A stretch of DNA of 64,000 bases from positions 4,650,001-4,714,000 of the forward strand of contig JBHGNT010000016.1 in NCBI GenBank assembly GCA_043228905.1, read 5' to 3'. The stretch's first letter is position 1. Each line of letters starts with the position of its first letter. The notes below the pieces were generated by a model, which had not been told where the DNA came from, did not search any database, and worked only from the letters and a program-made list of their open reading frames with translations. This stretch comes from Azolla caroliniana. Taxonomy: Eukaryota; Plantae; Polypodiophyta. Position numbers and translations under genes: made by a program. Of this stretch, positions 56,773 to 64,000 are shown piece by piece.

Positions 56773-59468
56773 CACAATTTCAAAATTATATGAAGACTCT
56801 ATATACACACTGTGCTAAGTAGCACTATTTATATAAGTCCTCTTGGGACTGACAGAAGTACCATGTACTTCAATGCTCACACGAGCATCTAACACTTACT
56901 ATGAGACTATAGCTACCTAGTAGTCTATGCTATACTAGGCTTCCGATTGGACTTCCGGTTACGGATTGCACCCGGCCTCCACTACTTGCCGGTTCGGTTG
57001 CTCACCGTCATACCGATCCGTTTCGCCCGATCCGGCTCCGGTTGAGCTTGCCGCTCAACACCAACCAAATGAAGAGTCGGCAACTAGTGGAGACTCGGTC
57101 ATGTTGTCCCCGCGTAAAGAACCAAGGAGACAGTTTACACGTAAAGAAAAAGGGAAGAAGAAAATGTCGGAATACAATTTCAGCATTGCCGAGTCAGATC
57201 GGAGCGAATCTGACTTCAGGCCAATCGAGAAGGAACCCCCATGGAAGGGGTCGAAATCGACCGAAAAGGTCGTGAAATCGGGTAATCACAAATTACACCG
57301 ATCTACCCGCCTGAAGAACCCCGTAAAGAGGTAGGTGTATAATGAGTACATGACGCATCTTTATGCGTACATGACGCGCGTGGCGAAAGTGCGTAAGTAG
57401 CAGAGCTACGCAGAAGCGACAAAAGACGCCAATTGGCATGTCGGGATGGAGGAAGAGATGTGCGCCCTAACGAACAATGACACTTGGGATCTAGTTGACG
57501 TACCGAAATGTGTAAAGTCGATCGGATGTAGATGGGTGTATAAGGTGAAATACAACACCGACGGCTCTGTCAACCGATATAAGCCCGTTTGGTTGCAAAA
57601 GGCTATGCATAGAAGCACGACGTAGATTATGACGAGACCTTCGCTCCAGTCGCGAAGATGACTACCATGCGAGTTTTGCTAGCCGTAGCTGGGGGGAAGG
57701 GGTGGCATCTACATCAGATGGACGTAAAGAATGTGTTCCTGCAAGGCGATCTTCAGGAACGGGTGTACATGGTACAACCCCCCAGATTTCTATTCTAACA
57801 GAACACTTCAGTAGTCTGCCGATTGAAGAAGGCGTTATATGGCCTTAAGCAAGCCCCGCGAGCTTGGAACGCGAAGATTACGCAATGGTTGCGTAGAATG
57901 GGGTTTACATCATCCAAATCAGACTCTTCGTTATTTGTTTGGCAAGGTCGACATGGACTGATTTGTCTTTTACTTTATGTTGATGATTTAGTCATCGTTG
58001 GTGCCGACCTTGAAGAAATTGGCTGAGTAAAGCCTCAGCTTGCAGCGTCGTTCGAAATGAAGGATCTTGGCGACCTTCATTACTTCCTCGAGATCGAAGT
58101 GATCCATTCCCCCGAAGGCATATTGATTAGCCAGCGTCATTACACGCTAAATATTCTCTTCAAGTTCGGGATGGCAGATTGCAAGCCCATCTTGACCCCT
58201 CTAGATAGAAACGTAAAGCTTCACCGAGATTCGGGAAAGGTGTGCGACCCGACATGGTTTCGACAGATTATCGGAAACCTCATTTACTTGACGATCACTC
58301 GTCCGGACTTCAACTATTTGGTCGGAATGGTCAGTCAATTTATGTCGCAGCCCACAACCAAACACCTTCAGTGCACGCAAAGGATATTCGATATGTCAGT
58401 GGCACAAAAGACATGGCGTTGTTGTATCGTGCAGACGTACCCGAGCAGTTAGTCGGCTACACGGATGACAATTGAGCCAGAAATGCCCACGATCATAGAT
58501 CCACATCCAGATACGCATTCTCATTGGGAAGTGCGGCGATCGCGTGGAGCAGTAAGAAACAGCCGACAGTAGCACTGTCGAGCACAAAGGTCGAATATCG
58601 AGGGGCGACTATCCCTACATGCGAAGTCATTTGGCTGAAACGTCTATTATGGGATCTGCACGTAGAGGTGTCCGATCCAACAACAATCTACTGTGACAAC
58701 CTTAGCAGCATCCACCTTGCGAAGAACTTTGTGTTCTGCGCCCAGACCAAGCACATTGAGGTGCACTATAACTTTGTCCACGAGCGTGTCCTTTTTGGTG
58801 AGATCGAACTAGCATATGTTCCGACAAGTCGGCAAACTACCGACATCTTCACCAAGTCCCTTGGTCTCGACAAGTCACAGCATTTCTCGAGTGAGCTCAG
58901 TCTGCATCACCTCGACACGCCGAACTTGAGGGGGAGACAGGAACAAGAGCGTGAAAGGAGTGGTAGTGACCGCAATGCCGAATCGGATGAACAGTTCGAT
59001 TTCGGGTCAATTGAAGAAGCCGAAGAAGAAAACAGGGGCCGTAATCGAAAGGAAGAGCCAAAGACAGCCAAACAAAAGGGAAATACAGCAAAGAAGGGCG
59101 TAAACCAAGACCAAGATGTGGTCGGATGTTTTCAAGGGCCTGAAGACAGAAGACGAATTGGAGACAGCCAATTCGGGCAAAAGAGGAATTGAATTGGAAA
59201 TGACCGATTTAATCGAAATGTTCGATTCAAACATTACAAATCTACTGAGGGCCAAGCGAAGGAAATGGTAGCGAAAGAGGTGCCAACACCGCGACAGCAA
59301 GGGAGCTGAGGAGGGCTGCATGAGCAGACAAACTGACCGGAAGGGTCAAAGCGCGTGGAATCGAATGGGTCGAGGAGTGCGAGCGAGGCATGAAGCCAGG
59401 AGAGGCCGGAGCAAAGATCCGGAAAAGCAAATGGAACCTCAATTTGAGCTTAAGGGGGAGTGTTGAGC

Positions 59469-60162
59469 TTCGTCCAGTTGGGGATTCTGATGCCCGCGGA
59501 GTGACTCTGCGGCCACTCGTCGGATTACTTTGGAAAATGACCGATCCGCACGGATCTCTTCTGCCGCCTGTTGGAAAGCCTCCCACTTTCGCAATCGTTC
59601 GGCAAGTCTTCTTGCTCGCTCCATAACCGGGTCGTTTGTTGGTCTAGTCATCCATGCCCGCCATTGTTCGTTGCGTTTGTGCAGGAATCGTGGTCGCCAA
59701 AAACTATGTTATCGCTAGGGCCGGACAATGGCCTAACACAGGGTGTCCCTTTGAGACACTTCACCAAAGGGGTGTTGCAGTGAGATAGAGTTAGACCGAC
59801 TATTAATAGAACCCTGAGGAGTTACTAGCGGCAATATCATTAGTCACAATACACGCGTAGGATAAATTATACTTAGCACAGAACGGTAATTAACGATGAT
59901 TAGGATACAGAACAACAACACTCTATTAATTATCTGCTAGTGATTACAATCTAACCATCCCTCTTTATAGGTCTCCAGTTTTAGGTACAAACCGGTGGCA
60001 ACCGGCAACCGGCTACAAACCGGTCCGGTTCTGGATCGGCATACCGATTCCATGTCCGTCCGTTCGCTTCTTAAATCATAATAATTCTATATATAATCAG
60101 CTCCCAGTTATTAATTATCCCCTCGTTTCCCATTCTGGACTTCCCTTGCCGGCCAGCTAACA
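59469..60162 (-). mobile_element. truncated gypsy-type element: 5' LTR, tRNA-Arg(UCG)-type PBS and gag start
   Basis: LTR 59707-60162 (TGTTA...TAACA). Minus-strand TGGCGACCAC at 59699-59690. ORF MTRPTNDPVMERARR from 59651. Confidence 0.65.
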
Positions 60163-63100
60163 AATGTATACATAAATATATTGACTTAATCCAAAAGGAG
60201 GTGGAACAAATGAAACACTAATGAACTCATCATCAAATTTGACTAACTAAAAGAATGGGTCTTCCTTCCATTTGAAAACGTAAAGATTCGTGTTTCTGAA
60301 CAACTAATCCGGCCACTTCCAAGACATTAAGATGAGGAAGTAAATGTTGCATTGTTGCAACAAATACTTGGCTTTATAATCCAAGTCCCCATTCGTGAAG
60401 GATGGGAAATGGCAAGAGACCTTGAATTAGAATATTGTGTCTTCGACTATTTATTATCCAATATATTGAAACTCGCCATTTATGAGCTATTAAGGATAAA
60501 CATTAAGAGGAAGGGCCAAAGGCAAAAGTTGTGCCATCACAAAGACAATATCATAAACACATAAACTTGCACCAAAGTAGTCAATCAATGCAATAAGGAT
60601 CACGAAAAGGTTGACGCCTTCAAGCCCACTTCAAAAGTGATTATATTAATTTCAATCTCTTGGTAAATGTGAATGGCACAAGTATAGTTGCGATAATTAT
60701 TGGTCATGGATTTTGGTAATGATATGATCTATGTGTAAAGGTACCAAGACCTACCAAATCCACATGCACACCCTCATGACTGACCTATAAATTATGAAAA
60801 AATTTGAAACCAGCTTACTTGTTTGCAAACTAGAGGATGATTGGGAGTACAACAAAAATGTGATAAGTACCGAGACAAATCGATTGCTAGCTCCACCGTA
60901 GATAACAACTAGATACATGTGTTCCCATAATATATGCAATGTATCATATTGGTATGAAGCATTGTGACGAGGACAAGCTATGATATCTTTGTTCAACTAG
61001 AGCACCCTCCCATATACAAGTGAACCATTAGATGCAAAGAGATCAATTCATTTTTACATCCTACATTTGAAACTCACCAAGTCCAAGTGAATAGAGCATA
61101 TATGCACCAAACCATTAACAACCCACTATAATGCATTGATGAACTTTTATGCTTGGATCCTTCTTCTGGTGTATCGCAGAAATTACTATGCTGCAAAATT
61201 TATTGAATCCCTTTCTCTTTCTAATCCTGTTACAAAAACTACACTTAGAGTAAAAAAGAAGTGCTCATGGACTGAAAAAGCAAATTAAATTTTTTGGCAA
61301 CAAAAAGAAGAGGCAAAAGAATAGACATGGTTAGCATTAAACAAACACTTCATTAGTGAGGTCATAGGCTTTACAAAAGGAAGTACTCGTCTTGTCTTGT
61401 CTTGTATGAAATAATAAGTGCATCCAAACAAACACTATCATTGCGCACTATATTGTCGATACATACAGGTACCAAGAAATGTTAACTTTTCTAAAGGGAA
61501 TCACTATTAGAATAAATAAAAGCATGATAGACAAATGTATATAAAAGCGAGATAACCAAAGAGTGGCCCAACCAATGACAAAGATGATGGTGCAAAGATA
61601 AGTACAAAATTGATGCAAATGATGGTGTACCAAAAAATGGACAATGCTTCTAAATTTGAATCATTAAATGAATTGGAAAAAGAAGTCAGAATTTATGATA
61701 TGTTAAATGTTAGCAATCCAAGCCAAAATATGAATTTAATGGCCTTGGATTGTGATATAGTGCACGTGATTTACTAAAATTGTTTATTTATAATGTTAAA
61801 AATAGGTCGGTATATTTTAGTTTGAGGCACATGTGGTGAGAAATTTTCTAAACAAGTACTACCAATTGGTTAAACTCAAGTTATTTGTTCTTAAAAGAAA
61901 AAGGTATAGACGAACTTTCAAGTACACTAACCAACATATTACATTATTCTCACGCCTTCGATTGATAAAGTGAGTTCAATAGTCCTAGATTGGTGGATGT
62001 TTTATAGGATTTTAAGCTTTGTTAAGGTTCACTTTATGCAAGTTCCTCCATAGCTGCTATTTGATCAACCTTTTTGTAGTCAAGAAATGATGGCGCCGAC
62101 AACGGTAGGTAGTGTGAACCCAAGGTGTAAATGACAATGGACATGCTATATAAATGACATGACATGAGATATTTGTTATCCCATTTTTCATCGAACATGG
62201 CCTCTTCTCACAAGTAAGGATTTTTTGTGTTGTTATTTTAGCTCTTTCCATTTTCAATATGATATTTGGAACATGCATGTGGATGTTTAACAAAACCACA
62301 AAGAGATTCATGTTTCGTTAGTTTTGACAAAAATAATTTACGATAGTTTAAAAGATTGGATTATTGAACTTGGAATGCAATCCTCTCCCTACCATGAGTA
62401 ATGTAAATAAATGTCTGCATGATACGATGGGAGATGAAGTGAGAAATGCAAAGAGAAACTAGAGAGAGAGAGAGATTTTATAGTTGTCCTTGGAGGTCAA
62501 GCAAAGATCACATTCTCTATATGGGACACTTAAATTGAATTCATATTCTTGTAGAGATGTGATGTTGAAGTATTGTCATCCAATTGATGTTTATGCATTG
62601 GGAGGCTAAAAAGAAACATGTAATATGTTTACTAGAGATGTAAAACGGGTAGAATGGTTACAACAAAATATTTATTTAAGCTAGTTGCAAGAACTTAGAA
62701 AAGTGGAAGGTAGCTATCATATATGTAAGTCATTTCTTGTATAGCAGGGTGATTTCTTAATACTATTTAGTATCTTTTTTATATAAAAAAAGAGTTTTGG
62801 AAGCTCACTTCAAGGCTATGAAGAGAGAGGCCTAGTATAGGGACTCAAGATGCATGAAGATAGTAAGCATGAGAAACAACTAAGATAAAAGAGATGTAGA
62901 TGGAGTTGGGAAAGCAAAATATATGTGGTATGGTGAAGTGATTGGTGTTTATGGTTCCTCCCCTTATCAATGAATATATATAAATCTAGTAATATAATTT
63001 CACTCATTATTATGAACAATTTGTGCTTTAGGGGGTTAAGTCTTTTTTAATTGTCTCTCCTTGGCCATTCTAAACAAATATTAATTAGTTGGGAAATTTG

Positions 63101-63179
63101 TTTTCAAAGTATTTCAATTGTCTACATATGTGTTATGTTTTCATCCGCGTACTCATGTTCACGTGCACATTTATTTTAG

Positions 63180-64000
63180 GCTAGAGGGAAAAGTTGCCAT
63201 CATCACTGGCGGAGCAAGTGGCATAGGTGCGGCTACAACAAACTTGTTTGTGGAAAATGGTGCATTGGTTATAATAGCTGACATTGATGATGAATTGGGA
63301 ACCAATCTCGTACAAACCCTTGGTCCCCATATTGTTTCTTATAAGCATTGTGATGTCACCATCGAAACTGACATAGAGGCTCTTATCGCATTCACATTAG
63401 CTAAATGGGGAAAACTTGATATTATGATAAGTAATGTAGGAGTTCTAGGCAAAGACGCATCTGAGATTATGAATGTAGATATGATAAACTTTCATGATGT
63501 TATGTCAGTTAATGTATATGGCATGACTCTTGCCATTAAACATGCTAGCAAGGCCATGATTGAAGCTAGAACAAAGGGTGTGATCATATGCACCAATAGT
63601 GTAGCGAGTATTATTGCTGGAAAGGCACCACTTGTATACACTGTCTCGAAGCATGCTCTTCTTGGCCTAATGCGAGCATCGGCATCGTGCTTAGGAAAAT
63701 ATGGCATTCGTGTGAATTGTGTGTCACCATCAAGTGTACTAACACCCCTCCCCTTAAAATTTCTACGAGAGGTCAATGGATTTACTTCCTTGTCTGAACA
63801 TGAGTTTCAAGACCTTAACGACTCCAGGAATGTTCTTGTTGGTCACTCATTATCTCCTCTTGGCGTTGCACAATCTATCCTTTATTTAGCATCAAATGAT
63901 GCTTCATTTGTTAGTGGCCACAATCTTGTTATCGATGGAGGCTTAACTATAACTTGCATGCAACCAAGTCTTGCAACTATTGGAAGGATGCGTGAGATAG
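63180..64000 (+). CDS. short-chain dehydrogenase/reductase, plant SDR110C family (ABA2/tasselseed2/secoisolariciresinol dehydrogenase-like), main exon, runs off window
   Basis: Acceptor TTTTAG at 63174-63179, then open frame LEGKVAIITGGASGIG, ADID, HCDVT, GKLDIM, CTNSVAS, YTVSK, GIRVNCVSP, SGHNLVIDGG with no stop to 64000. First exon not identified. Confidence 0.95.

Larger units (their letters stand above)
45702..57060 (-). mobile_element. Ty1/copia element F, full length, inserted in E, interrupted by I
   Basis: LTRs 45702-46100 and 56703-57060. TSD CCAAC. PBS TGGTATCCGAGC 56702-56691. PPT 46101-46110. gag ATG at 56608. Confidence 0.96.
30306..59468 (+). mobile_element. Ty1/copia element E (same family as F), degenerate, split by G, H and F; 3' LTR almost entirely deleted
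   Basis: 5' LTR ~30306-30723, PBS TGGTATCAGAGC 30724-30735. Coding pieces 30825-31225, 37342-38098, 44436-45701 and 57061-59450 rejoin across TSDs. PPT AAGGGGGAG 59452-59460 then TGTTGAGC. Confidence 0.88.

Noticed and set aside
60163-63100. possible decayed DNA-transposase fragments or first exon of the SDR gene
   Set aside because: Only vague short similarities. No motif, TIR or ATG-to-donor exon I can support.

Overview
Eukaryotic (land-plant) heterochromatin-type window. The copia/gypsy sequence types suggest a non-seed plant such as a fern, but that is inference. About 85% is nested LTR retrotransposons, resolved by eye from LTR pairs, target-site duplications (TSDs), primer-binding sites (PBS) and polypurine tracts (PPT). 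Nest 1: copia B (8365-30193) contains gypsy C (11335-27720), which contains gypsy D (13397-22775). Nest 2: copia E (~30306-59468) contains copia G (with a gypsy solo LTR inside it), gypsy H, and copia F, which in turn contains the intact, very young Tnt1/Tork-like copia I. Also present: a partial copia at the left edge, an array of ~50-bp palindromes (5.4-7.0 kb), a 519-bp foldback, a truncated gypsy 5' end, and one host gene exon (SDR110C/ABA2-TS2-like short-chain dehydrogenase) running off the right edge. Most striking observation: gypsy D has no PPT. Its 3' LTR is instead preceded by a sense copy of a tRNA-Arg-like 3' end (an inverted second PBS ending in CCA, 2 nt from the LTR), suggesting tRNA priming of both strands or self-priming. 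D also has a Q/N-rich Gag with three zinc knuckles and a large extra 3' ORF. A second gypsy lineage (tRNA-Trp PBS in copy C) repeatedly makes 4-bp TSDs. All counts are manual and should be confirmed computationally.
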